Shown: one piece after another, positions 29,183 to 37,442 of the stretch
How the letters are laid out: every line of letters begins with the position of its first letter
Position numbering within the stretch: the first letter of the stretch is position 1
Assembly: GCA_021776925.1 (NCBI GenBank)
Contig: JAJFFB010000084.1
Coordinates: 10,365 to 74,364 of the forward strand
Direction: 5' to 3'
Origin: Planctomycetota bacterium
GTDB taxonomy: Bacteria > Planctomycetota > UBA1135
Length of the DNA stretch: 64,000 nt
Translations under genes and position numbers: made by a program
Notes under the pieces: generated by a model
Told to the model about the DNA's origin: nothing
Databases searched by the model: none
Seen by the model: the letters and a program-made list of their open reading frames with translations, nothing else

Positions 29183-30358
29183 GTGGCCGCAGTGGCAGTA
29201 CCCACCACCTCAGCGGTCGCCGACCGCTTGCTCAACTGGTTCGAGCAGCATCGCCGCGACCTGCCGTGGCGACGCCCCGGTGCGCGCAAGGTGGCAGGGA
29301 GCCGAAGTGCTTACGCCACCTGGATCTCCGAGATCATGTTGCAGCAGACCCGGGTCGAGGCGGTGATTCCGTATTTTGAGGCGTGGATGCGGAGCTTTCC
29401 GGATCTGGGCAGCCTGGCCGAGGCCGCCGAAGAGGATGTCTTGCGTCATTGGGCCGGCCTCGGTTACTACCGGCGCGCGCGGCTGCTCCATGCCGCCGCC
29501 AAGCAGGTGTACGCCGAGCACGGCGGCAGGATTCCGACGACCGCGACCGCCTTGCGCGCCCTGCCGGGAATCGGTGAATACACCGCCGCAGCGATTGCCT
29601 CCATTGCCTTTGGGGAAGCGGTTCCGGTAGTCGACGGCAACGTCAAACGCGTTGCCGCGCGCTTCCTGGCCCGGGCCCTGCGCCTGGATGAACCCGCTCT
29701 GCACCGTTCGGCGCGCGATTGGGTGGCTGGGCTCCACGCTCAACTTGAAGGGGGTGGCGAGGCCGGCGACTCGGACGTGGGGGGGGGCGAGGCCGGCAAC
29801 TTGAACGAAGCGCTGATGGAGCTGGGCGCCACCGTGTGCACGCCCAAGGATCCGCAGTGCGCGAATTGCCCTCTGCATGGCTCTTGCCGCGCTTTCGCCG
29901 CCGGCACTCCTTTGGCCTATCCCGCGGCGCGCCGACCCAAGCAGTGGACCGAGGTGGAATTGTGGTACGGCCTTGGCATCGGCGCCGACGGAGTCTGCCT
30001 GGTGCAGCGTCAAGAGGGCTGGAATCCAGGCTTGTGGGAGCCTCCGTCCATGCGCGCCGAGGTTGCCGGCCTGACCTCTGCGCAAGTCGCCTCTAGGTGG
30101 TCCCAGCCATCCAAGTGGTTGCAGCCATCCGCGTGGTCCCAGCCACCGTCGACCGAGCTTGATGATGAGGTCGGTGAGACCACCGCCTCGGCGCCAGGAC
30201 TCGGGGCCGAACTGGGCCTTGTCCGCCACACCATCACCCATCACCGCATCCGCGCGCGTGTGTTCGAGCTGCAGGACTGGCCGACCGCCATGGAGCACGA
30301 TGCGGCAGGCGTGGCCCTGACCGGACTCGCGCGCAAGATCTTGAGCCAATTCGCCTGA
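29183..30358 (+). CDS. mutY: A/G-specific adenine DNA glycosylase MutY
   Basis: DLPWRR, YATWISEIMLQQT, GLGYYRRAR, LPGIGEYTAAAI and VDGNVKRV, plus the Fe-S motif CTPKDPQCANCPLHGSC. The start is uncertain: GTG 29183 or 29192. The track start at 29003 overlaps the divergent methyltransferase and translates to Arg/Gly-rich junk. Confidence 0.9.
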   Translation: MAAVAVPTTSAVADRLLNWFEQHRRDLPWRRPGARKVAGSRSAYATWISEIMLQQTRVEAVIPYFEAWMRSFPDLGSLAEAAEEDVLRHWAGLGYYRRARLLHAAAKQVYAEHGGRIPTTATALRALPGIGEYTAAAIASIAFGEAVPVVDGNVKRVAARFLARALRLDEPALHRSARDWVAGLHAQLEGGGEAGDSDVGGGEAGNLNEALMELGATVCTPKDPQCANCPLHGSCRAFAAGTPLAYPAARRPKQWTEVELWYGLGIGADGVCLVQRQEGWNPGLWEPPSMRAEVAGLTSAQVASRWSQPSKWLQPSAWSQPPSTELDDEVGETTASAPGLGAELGLVRHTITHHRIRARVFELQDWPTAMEHDAAGVALTGLARKILSQFA

Positions 30359-30364
30359 CGGCTC

Positions 30365-31534
30365 TCAGGAGCAGTCGCCGCCTTTTTTCTTCGCCCGTGT
30401 CGGTGGCGGGGTTTTGACCTTGGGCACCGGCGGCGGCGCGCTGCCGTCGAGCAACGGGCTTTTGCCGGAACTCATCATGCGTAGCGCGCGTGCCGCGGGG
30501 CCGCCGTCCTCGGCTTCCAGAATGTCGCGGTGCCAGGCCTTCGCTCCTCCCGCGAGAGCGCGCGCATCCATTCCGGAGTCGCGCAATACGTCTGCAACTT
30601 CGCGCGCACTGCCGTCGTCGCTCGCGTCCACCAGCAGCAGAACGCGGTCAGTGGGCAGATCAGGGCGCTGTCGCAGATCGGTCAATTGCACCGCGGCCAT
30701 GACCCAGGCCTGTGGGAATTCGACCGCGTCCACGGCGCTTCGAAGATCGATCATCAGGTAGCCATTGTCGCCTTCGACCATCCAGGCGGCCAAGGTCTGC
30801 GGCGTGATGGCCGTGGACGAGAGCGAAGCGTCGGCGGGGTCAGGGCCCATCGGACGCGCATCGCCGGGACCGGCGAACTGCACCGCGGCGACCAGGACTG
30901 CTCCGGCGACTGCCGAACCGCTGCCAGCCCATCTGCGCAGCGGCCTTAGATTTGCCTGCCGCTGGCGTTCCAGCCAGCCGACCAGGGCGAAAGCGCCGAG
31001 CGCCATCGCCACCACCATCAGCACGACGATCCCGGTCGGGATGCCCATCCAGTCGGACAAGCTGACGCGGCCCATTTCCCCCCAATCGCGCAAGCCGACG
31101 AAGGTCGTGAAGAATTCCTCGAATACGCCGATGCCGAGCAGGATGCCGAGCATGACGAAGGCGGCGTCGATCTTGCCGCTGACCAGGCCGACCATCGAAG
31201 TTCCGGGGCAATAGCCAGCAGTGACGAAGCCGATGCCGAGCAATAGTCCGCCGACCACCTGGCCGCCCAGATAGGTCGGGCGGAAGGCGATCTGATCCAT
31301 CATCACCCAGCCCATTCCCTGAGCTGCGTAGAGCCCGATCATGGCGGTGACGATGGCGGTGAACATCACCTTCAGCACGCGCCAGTCCCTGGCATAGAAG
31401 ATCCCTGACAAGACCTTGCTGCTGCCGAAACCACCGCGTTCGAGCATGAAGCCGAAGCCGACGCCGATCAGCAAGGAGATCAGCAGGGTGGCGTCGAGGC
31501 CGATGGCGTGAAAAGCGTTGAGAGGGAAGTTCAT
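30365..31534 (-). CDS. YeeE/YedE-family sulfur-transport membrane protein fused to a C-terminal rhodanese-like domain lacking the catalytic Cys
   Basis: ATG 31534 forms an ATGA overlap with the upstream gene stop. ERGGFGSS and GYCPGTS are YeeE/YedE signatures. The C-terminus (IDLRS....RVLLLVDASDDGSAREVA...LAGGAKAW) matches the rhodanese layout, with Asp (codon 30628-30626) where the active-site Cys sits. Confidence 0.75.
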   Translation of the reverse strand: MNFPLNAFHAIGLDATLLISLLIGVGFGFMLERGGFGSSKVLSGIFYARDWRVLKVMFTAIVTAMIGLYAAQGMGWVMMDQIAFRPTYLGGQVVGGLLLGIGFVTAGYCPGTSMVGLVSGKIDAAFVMLGILLGIGVFEEFFTTFVGLRDWGEMGRVSLSDWMGIPTGIVVLMVVAMALGAFALVGWLERQRQANLRPLRRWAGSGSAVAGAVLVAAVQFAGPGDARPMGPDPADASLSSTAITPQTLAAWMVEGDNGYLMIDLRSAVDAVEFPQAWVMAAVQLTDLRQRPDLPTDRVLLLVDASDDGSAREVADVLRDSGMDARALAGGAKAWHRDILEAEDGGPAARALRMMSSGKSPLLDGSAPPPVPKVKTPPPTRAKKKGGDCS

Positions 31535-32055
31535 TGCCACTGCTTGCGTACGAACCACGCGAATCCGAACCCGCCGGCGAAGACCGCGAACATGAACGCC
31601 CAGCTGCCCAGCGAGAGCATCGCTCCGCCGGTGAGGGCCTGGCCGCTGGTGCAGCCGCGGGCGATGCGCGCGGCCAATCCCATCATCAAGCCGCCTGCGA
31701 TCGCCATGAACAGGCGTCGCCGCCGGCTGGTGGTCGGGCCGCGTTCGACTACGCCCCGACGGGCGACGCGGCCGCTGCTGAAGGCGCTGAAGAAGCCCCC
31801 AATCGCCACTCCGATCAGGACGAAGACCAGTTCATCCTTCATGAAGAAGGACTCGCCAGCCATGATCGAGGGTGCGTTGGCCAGGCCCTGGACGTGGTCC
31901 GGCGCGACGCTGTTGACCGCCAGCAGGCCGACCTTGGCAAAGCCGCCCGAGGCGCCCAGGCCGTTGCCCAGGAGCAGAATCGAGGCGAGCAGGACCAGGC
32001 CGAGGCCGAAGCCGGCGAGATAGGGAGACCAATAAGTTTGGGCGCGCTGTTGCAT
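31531..32055 (-). CDS. YeeE/YedE-family sulfur-transport membrane protein (half-size)
   Basis: Preferred start is ATG 32055 (MQQRAQTYWSPYLAG), 4 nt after the NrfD-like stop. It has GASGGF and ARGCTSGQALTGGA motifs. Confidence 0.75.
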   Translation of the reverse strand: MQQRAQTYWSPYLAGFGLGLVLLASILLLGNGLGASGGFAKVGLLAVNSVAPDHVQGLANAPSIMAGESFFMKDELVFVLIGVAIGGFFSAFSSGRVARRGVVERGPTTSRRRRLFMAIAGGLMMGLAARIARGCTSGQALTGGAMLSLGSWAFMFAVFAGGFGFAWFVRKQWQ

Positions 32056-32059
32056 TGCT

Positions 32060-32953
32060 TTACACGCTGAGGTGCTGACCGGCCTGGACCAGGACGAAAC
32101 GCAAGGCCAGGCCACCGACGAGAATCAGAGCAGGCGCCACCGCCGTTGCCGGCCAGCGTTGCCGCCAAGTTTGCATTTCGAGCAGCGCCGGCAGCAAGAT
32201 GCCGGCAACCACCACCAGCGACCAGAAGGCCGCCGTGTAAGGCCCGCCCATAATCAGGGCGAGCGCTTCACTGCCACTGGCACCGCTGGTGGCAAGGTGC
32301 ACGCAGTAGAACAAGACCAGCACCGCTTCCGCTGCGAGCAGAACGAGGGTGGCCGCGGCAAAGCTGCGGCGTTCGGTCCGGTTGCGGCTCCAGAAGCCGG
32401 CCAGAGCAAGTGCGGAGAGCAGGCCGGTGACCAGGAACAGAGGCAGCAGCACCGGCGAGTTCCACGCCGGCCGCGCCTGTACCGAGGACAGGAGCACGCC
32501 GGTGTAGATCACCAGGCCTACGCCGAGGACCAGGTTGGCCCAGGCCAGGCGCTTGAGCGGGATTGGTTCGGAACGCGTGTACGTGGCCAGCGCGGTCAGG
32601 CCAGTGCTGATGGAAAGCAGCAGGTAGAGCCACGACCCCCATGACATCGGCGAAGTGACCTGGAAGGTGGTAAAGAAACGGAACAGGTGCAGTTTGTATT
32701 CCAGATCCAGGAATAGAGCCCCAAGCGCCATACCGAGGGCCAGCGGCGGCACCAAGGTTGCCCAACGGATCAGGGATGGATAGCGCTGTTGACGGCCACT
32801 GAGGACTACCGTCGCGTGCAAGATCGCCATGCCTGCCGCCAGGGCGGCGAGAAACAGATCCACCGGCACCTCCCATCCCCAGGCGTGCAGCGTCGGGTCG
32901 ACGTGCGGATTCAATCGGGTGGTTGTTATTTCAACCGGTCCTTGGATGAACAT
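32060..32953 (-). CDS. NrfD/PsrC-type polytopic membrane anchor subunit of a molybdopterin oxidoreductase
   Basis: 297 aa with about 8 hydrophobic helices. It lies immediately downstream of the 4Fe-4S subunit in the A-B-C order typical of Psr/Phs/Ttr-type enzymes. Confidence 0.75.
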   Translation of the reverse strand: MFIQGPVEITTTRLNPHVDPTLHAWGWEVPVDLFLAALAAGMAILHATVVLSGRQQRYPSLIRWATLVPPLALGMALGALFLDLEYKLHLFRFFTTFQVTSPMSWGSWLYLLLSISTGLTALATYTRSEPIPLKRLAWANLVLGVGLVIYTGVLLSSVQARPAWNSPVLLPLFLVTGLLSALALAGFWSRNRTERRSFAAATLVLLAAEAVLVLFYCVHLATSGASGSEALALIMGGPYTAAFWSLVVVAGILLPALLEMQTWRQRWPATAVAPALILVGGLALRFVLVQAGQHLSV

Positions 32954-32962
32954 CCTCGACTC

Positions 32963-33517
32963 CTAGTCAACCAGGAAGAACTTGGGATTGGTTCCCGCAG
33001 CGGTTTTCTGCTGGCGCCACTTCCTCAGGCGCAGCATCCGCGACACACGGGAAGCCGGGTCATTGAGGTCGCCGACCACGATGGCTGAAGCCGGGCAGAC
33101 TTCGGCACAGGCGGTGCTGCGTCCTTGTTCGAGTCTGTGCAGACACAAGGTGCACTTGTCGACGAAACCGTCCGGGTGCACGAATCGAGCGTTGTAGGGG
33201 CACGAAACCATGCACGCCTTGCAGCCGGTGCAGCGGCTTCGGTCCACTTGCACAGTGCCACTGGCCGAGTCGACGTGACTGGACCCGGTCGGGCAATTGC
33301 TGACACAGGGGGCGTCGTCGCAGTGCTGACAACTGTCGGACCAAATGCTCATCTTGAGCTCGGGAAAGGTCCCGCTGACGATCTGGTTGACCCAGCGCCT
33401 TGCATGACCGTCGGGCACGTCATTTTCGCTCTTGCAGGCGAGGACGCATGCGCTGCAACCCACACAGCTGCGCGTATCCACCGCCATGCCGTAGCGCACG
33501 GAGCCGTCACGCTTCAT
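32963..33517 (-). CDS. 4Fe-4S ferredoxin-type electron-transfer subunit (PsrB/DmsB family)
   Basis: Four Cys clusters: CVGCSACVLACK, CQHCDDAPCVSNCP, CTGCKACMVSCP and CTLC.....C..VCP. It overlaps the catalytic subunit stop by 11 nt. Confidence 0.9.
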   Translation of the reverse strand: MKRDGSVRYGMAVDTRSCVGCSACVLACKSENDVPDGHARRWVNQIVSGTFPELKMSIWSDSCQHCDDAPCVSNCPTGSSHVDSASGTVQVDRSRCTGCKACMVSCPYNARFVHPDGFVDKCTLCLHRLEQGRSTACAEVCPASAIVVGDLNDPASRVSRMLRLRKWRQQKTAAGTNPKFFLVD

Positions 33518-35750
33518 TTCCGGACTCCTGTTTCTCGAGGCTGACGAAATTGAGGTTCATGCCGGTACCGCCCATCAGCGGGTCGGTCTTGAATCTCGTG
33601 GTCACGGCGGTGTCGTCGCCGCCGTTGCGGTAGGCGCGGCGCAGGCGCCGGTCCTGATGGCCGAAGCCGTGCACCATGTAGACGCAGTCGGCGCGGATGC
33701 GCTCGGTCGCCTTGACTTTGACCGGTCCGGTGGTGACGTCGTCTTGATTGCGCAGCATCACCCGATCGCCGCTGCGCAGGCCGAGGTCTGCTGCTGCGCG
33801 GCGATTGACCCAGACTTCGTTTTCCGGGAACTGCTCAAGCAACATCGCGTTGTTGGTGGTGCGGCCGAAGGTGTGCACCGGCGCGCGGCCGGTCAGCAGG
33901 CGGAACTGCCCGGGACCGGGTTGTTCGGGTCGCCGGTAGACCGGGACCGGGTCGAAGCCCTGGTCGGCGAGTTGCTGCGACCAGAACTCGATCTTGCCGC
34001 TCGGCGTGGCGAACTGGTAAAGGGCGTCCTTGGGCTGGTAAAGCGGGTCTGCGTCCACGCGCAACACGCCGCGCTGTTTCAGGCTCTGGTACTGCTCAAG
34101 GCTGAAACCGCTGGCGAGCAGACGCGCCTGGTGCAGATCGGTCGGATGCTCCCACGGGAAGTGCGACTCGAGGCCGAGCCGGCGCGCGAGTTCCTTGGCC
34201 ATCCACCAGCCGGGCTTGGACTCTCCCAAGGGCTCGATCACCGGCTGGCGCAGCGCCACGTAGGGCTCGCGGTACCAAGGCGCGATCAGATCGTCGTGGC
34301 GCTCGAGGTAGGTGCATTCCGGTAGCACCACGTCGGCCCAGCCAGTGATCTCGGCCGGCAGGATGTCGATGGCGACAAGGAAGTCGAGCTTCTGGATGGC
34401 CGCCCGCGTACGCCGCGGATCGGGCAGCACCATCGGCAGGTTGGAGCTGTAGACCATCCACGCCTTCAACGGGTAGGGCTTGCCAGTGAGGGTGGCCTCG
34501 CGCAAACCGCTGGCCAGGGTGCTGCCGGCGAAGGGGAACTGACCCGCCTCGCGATCAGCTGGTGCTCGGTGTGCTGGCGCCGGCGGCTGCTGCGGATGAC
34601 CCTTCAGGCCGGCACTCGACGACAGATAGAAGCCACCAGGTTGCCCCCAATTGCCGAGCAGTGCGTTGACCAGTGCCACCGCCCGGCTGCGCTGTGCGTC
34701 ATCGCCGTACCAGGTGGTCTTGCGCCCGGGGTGGATCACCGCGTGCGGTGCCGCCTGAGCGAGCTCGCGCGCGGTATCGACCAGCACCTGCGGCTTGATC
34801 CCGGTTTCCAGGTAGACAGCATCCGGCGTGTATCGCGCCACCTCGGCAGCAAACTGGTCGAAGCCCACCGAGTTGCTGGCGACGTATTCGCGGTCGTACC
34901 AGTCGTTCTGGATGATGACGTTGGCCCAGCCCAGCAGCAGGGCGATGTCGGTCCCTGGGCGCACTGGCAGCCAGTAATCTGCCTTGCCAGCGGCGACCGA
35001 GTAGCGTGGATCAGCGACAATCAGGCGCATGCCGCGGCGCAATCCGTCGGTGAAATCCTGCACCGCGGTGTTGTGCATGTTTTCGCCGAGGTGCGTGCCG
35101 ATCAGTGCCATCGCCCGCGCGTTGGCCATGTCCACCACTTCTGGCGAGCCGACGCTTTCGCCGTAGGTCAGCTCGAAACCGACGTCGCGCGGTCCCCGGC
35201 ACTGGGCGTAGGAAGGCGCCGCGATGTTGGCTGATCCCAGTCCCTTGACCAGGGTTTTGAAGAAGCTGCCCCCAGCCCCGTGATAGAAGAGCGCGATGGC
35301 CTCCGGGCCGTAGTGCGCGGCGACTCCGCGCAGGCCCTCGGCGGTGCGATCGAGCGCCTCCTCCCAGGTTGCGGGGCGCCATTTCTGACCGCCGCGCTCG
35401 CCGACGCGGATCATCGGCTGCGACAGACGATCGGGATCGTAGAGGCTGCCGAGCCCGCCCACGCCGCGCGGGCACAGGCGTCCGCGGCTCAGTGGATGGT
35501 CCGGGTTGCCGCTCAGTGCCTGAACGCGTCCGTCACGGAGCTGCGCCTTGATCCCGCATTTCCAGAAGCACATTTCACAAACAGTGGCGATGCTGTCGCT
35601 GTCGCCTGCGTTCTCAGAGGGCTTTGCCGCCGCCGTGGCGGCCGAGTCAGGCATCCAGTTGAGACCGGAATGGGCTGCCCAGGCCGCGCCCAGGCTGCAG
35701 CTGGCGCATGCAGAAAGAAATCGCCGACGGTCGAGGACGGACTCATTCAT
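33507..35750 (-). CDS. Molybdopterin oxidoreductase catalytic subunit, Tat-exported (polysulfide/thiosulfate/tetrathionate reductase-like)
   Basis: Preferred start is ATG 35750 (MNESVLDRRRFLSACASCSLGAAWAA, twin-arginine signal). The track start at 35870 lies in an AT-rich non-coding stretch. N-terminal Fe-S motif CEMCFWKCG....C. The substrate cannot be assigned from sequence alone. Confidence 0.9.
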   Translation of the reverse strand: MNESVLDRRRFLSACASCSLGAAWAAHSGLNWMPDSAATAAAKPSENAGDSDSIATVCEMCFWKCGIKAQLRDGRVQALSGNPDHPLSRGRLCPRGVGGLGSLYDPDRLSQPMIRVGERGGQKWRPATWEEALDRTAEGLRGVAAHYGPEAIALFYHGAGGSFFKTLVKGLGSANIAAPSYAQCRGPRDVGFELTYGESVGSPEVVDMANARAMALIGTHLGENMHNTAVQDFTDGLRRGMRLIVADPRYSVAAGKADYWLPVRPGTDIALLLGWANVIIQNDWYDREYVASNSVGFDQFAAEVARYTPDAVYLETGIKPQVLVDTARELAQAAPHAVIHPGRKTTWYGDDAQRSRAVALVNALLGNWGQPGGFYLSSSAGLKGHPQQPPAPAHRAPADREAGQFPFAGSTLASGLREATLTGKPYPLKAWMVYSSNLPMVLPDPRRTRAAIQKLDFLVAIDILPAEITGWADVVLPECTYLERHDDLIAPWYREPYVALRQPVIEPLGESKPGWWMAKELARRLGLESHFPWEHPTDLHQARLLASGFSLEQYQSLKQRGVLRVDADPLYQPKDALYQFATPSGKIEFWSQQLADQGFDPVPVYRRPEQPGPGQFRLLTGRAPVHTFGRTTNNAMLLEQFPENEVWVNRRAAADLGLRSGDRVMLRNQDDVTTGPVKVKATERIRADCVYMVHGFGHQDRRLRRAYRNGGDDTAVTTRFKTDPLMGGTGMNLNFVSLEKQESGNEA

Positions 35751-35870
35751 AGGCCTTTTGGTTGGTGGCAGAACGCCTGCCACATCTGAATAATCCTGCG
35801 AAGGAGGCCCAACAGAGGGAAAATCTAGATTTATCAATACATATCGATATTTCATATTATATAATGGCAT
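35751..35870 (-). promoter_or_regulatory. AT-rich leader/promoter region of the psr-like operon with a 10-bp palindrome and a 5-prime UTR hairpin
   Basis: The stretch aatctagatttatcaatacatatcgatatttcatattatataatgg is very A/T-rich for this genome. It holds the perfect palindrome ATATCGATAT at 35841-35850. A 7-bp-stem hairpin (gtggcag-aacgc-ctgccac) lies at 35765-35783, just upstream of the ATG. Confidence 0.35.
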
Positions 35871-35905
35871 AAAACAAGGCGCACACAGGACTTATGCGCG
35901 CCTTG
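35871..35905 (-). terminator. Rho-independent terminator candidate downstream of the FadL-like gene
   Basis: On the minus strand the sequence reads caaggcgcgcataagtcctgtgtgcgccttgtttta. The GC-rich stem (aaggcgc/gcgcctt) is followed by TTGTTTTAT, about 25 nt after the stop at 35928. Confidence 0.5.
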
Positions 35906-35927
35906 CCCCAAAGGAACAGGAATCTGC

Positions 35928-37244
35928 TCAGAAAACCACTCGGAAACCTAGAATCAGGCTGTCGGTCGACATCGTGTTTTCCACGCTCGAACCTGGAACC
36001 GCACCTATCGACGGATGCCCCATCGGGCCCTCGATCGAATTTTCGAAGCCATGACGGTAGGCAACGTCCAGGAACCAGTCCTTACCTACGCAGTAGGAAA
36101 AACCCATGCTGGCATGGTGCTGGATGATTGCCGGTGCCGGCACGTTGAAGGTCGAATTCAGGTCAGGAATCGGATTATCGTTGTAGGCGTATCCGCAACG
36201 CACTGCGAGGCAGTCGCTCACGTCATACTGCGCTCCCAGCGCCAGAACCATGATCGAGTCCCAGCCGAAACCGTTGACTGAACCGTCTGGGTTGAACACC
36301 GCGGCGTCGAAGCCATCGGTGTTCTCGTAGTCGATCCAGCGCACGTCGAGACCGAAGAGCCAATTCTCAAAGCCGCGATAGGCAGTGCCGATCGAGGCAA
36401 TCGCAGGGAAGTCCAAATCCAGCTCGAGTTGGCGGAACGCTCCGTTGGCATCCGTCGAATTGAACTCAAAGGTTTGAAACTGTTGCTGCGTCTTGTAGGA
36501 GGCTCCGAAATCCCAGTCGCTGTCCCCACGGAAGTAGACTCCGACCTGGGCTCCATAGCCCCAGGCCTGGTCTGCGTGGGCCGCCGACGGATAGACTTCG
36601 TCGCCGTTGCCGAAAACGCCGTCAGGGTCGTTGGGCGCCGCAAAACACCCAGGAGCGACGGCCAGTTGCGCCTGATTGATATTCGGCGCAAAGCCGACCG
36701 ACCAGTGCGAGTCCAGCTGGTAGGCCAAGGTGGGGGCGATCTGCAGCATCTGGAACTGCGAATAGACTCCGCCGAAGCCGTTGGGGGGTGGTGTCAGCAG
36801 CGGATTGGTGCTGCTGGTGGGGTAGTTCACGCCGAATCCGCTGATCCCACACGCACCGATTCCCAAGGTCCACGGCGAGTCTTCTACGTCGTAGACCATG
36901 GCGAAACTGGGGATTGCAGAAACGCCTGAATCGCTCGAGGTCTCTCCCGACATCGGCCCAGGAAAGGAAACCGAGGACCCAAGGGTGATGTCCGGCATGA
37001 GCAATTCCATGCCGAACTGGATGCTGTTGGAACTCAGCCCGGTAATACTGGCCGAGTTCCACAGAAGAGCCCCGGAAGCATCTACCGGGGCTGCGGTTGC
37101 GACGCCGGCCATGGACTGGTTCACGGCGCCTTCTCCATTCAATACGTGTCCGGTCTGCGCGGTCAGGGTGGCGGAGATCAGTCCGGCGCAAACCAGCCCG
37201 TACAGTGCGAGCCGAGTGTGGTTCCGAAGCATTTTTTTCTCCAT
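35928..37244 (-). CDS. Outer-membrane transport protein, FadL/OMPP1/TodX family
   Basis: Signal peptide ...LALYGLVCAGLISATLTAQ. The N-terminal block GEGAVNQSMAGVATAAPVDASGALLWNSASITGL is FadL-like. The alternating beta-strand pattern ends in GFRVVF (C-terminal Phe). The start may be ATG 37232, which is preceded by GGAGAAAAAA. Confidence 0.7.
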   Translation of the reverse strand: MEKKMLRNHTRLALYGLVCAGLISATLTAQTGHVLNGEGAVNQSMAGVATAAPVDASGALLWNSASITGLSSNSIQFGMELLMPDITLGSSVSFPGPMSGETSSDSGVSAIPSFAMVYDVEDSPWTLGIGACGISGFGVNYPTSSTNPLLTPPPNGFGGVYSQFQMLQIAPTLAYQLDSHWSVGFAPNINQAQLAVAPGCFAAPNDPDGVFGNGDEVYPSAAHADQAWGYGAQVGVYFRGDSDWDFGASYKTQQQFQTFEFNSTDANGAFRQLELDLDFPAIASIGTAYRGFENWLFGLDVRWIDYENTDGFDAAVFNPDGSVNGFGWDSIMVLALGAQYDVSDCLAVRCGYAYNDNPIPDLNSTFNVPAPAIIQHHASMGFSYCVGKDWFLDVAYRHGFENSIEGPMGHPSIGAVPGSSVENTMSTDSLILGFRVVF

Positions 37245-37442
37245 GGGAGGGGCGGAAGCCGTCCCATCCCAACGCGGCTTAAGCTCCTTTGCGGTGGCCG
37301 CAAGGATTGCGAAATGAGGAAAAAATGGGAGGGAAAGCGCCTCGCGGCAAAAAAGGGTATAAGCTCGTGTATATGCAAATATATGAATAACCTATAATGT
37401 CTGAGGATTTGGGTAAATCCCCCTTTTTCCAACCCTCTTCCC

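Noticed and set aside
35751-35870. A Moco riboswitch in the leader of the molybdopterin oxidoreductase operon.
   Set aside because: The leader is too short (about 75 nt from the AT-rich block to the ATG) and lacks the multi-stem architecture and conserved blocks I would expect. Only a single 7-bp hairpin is present.
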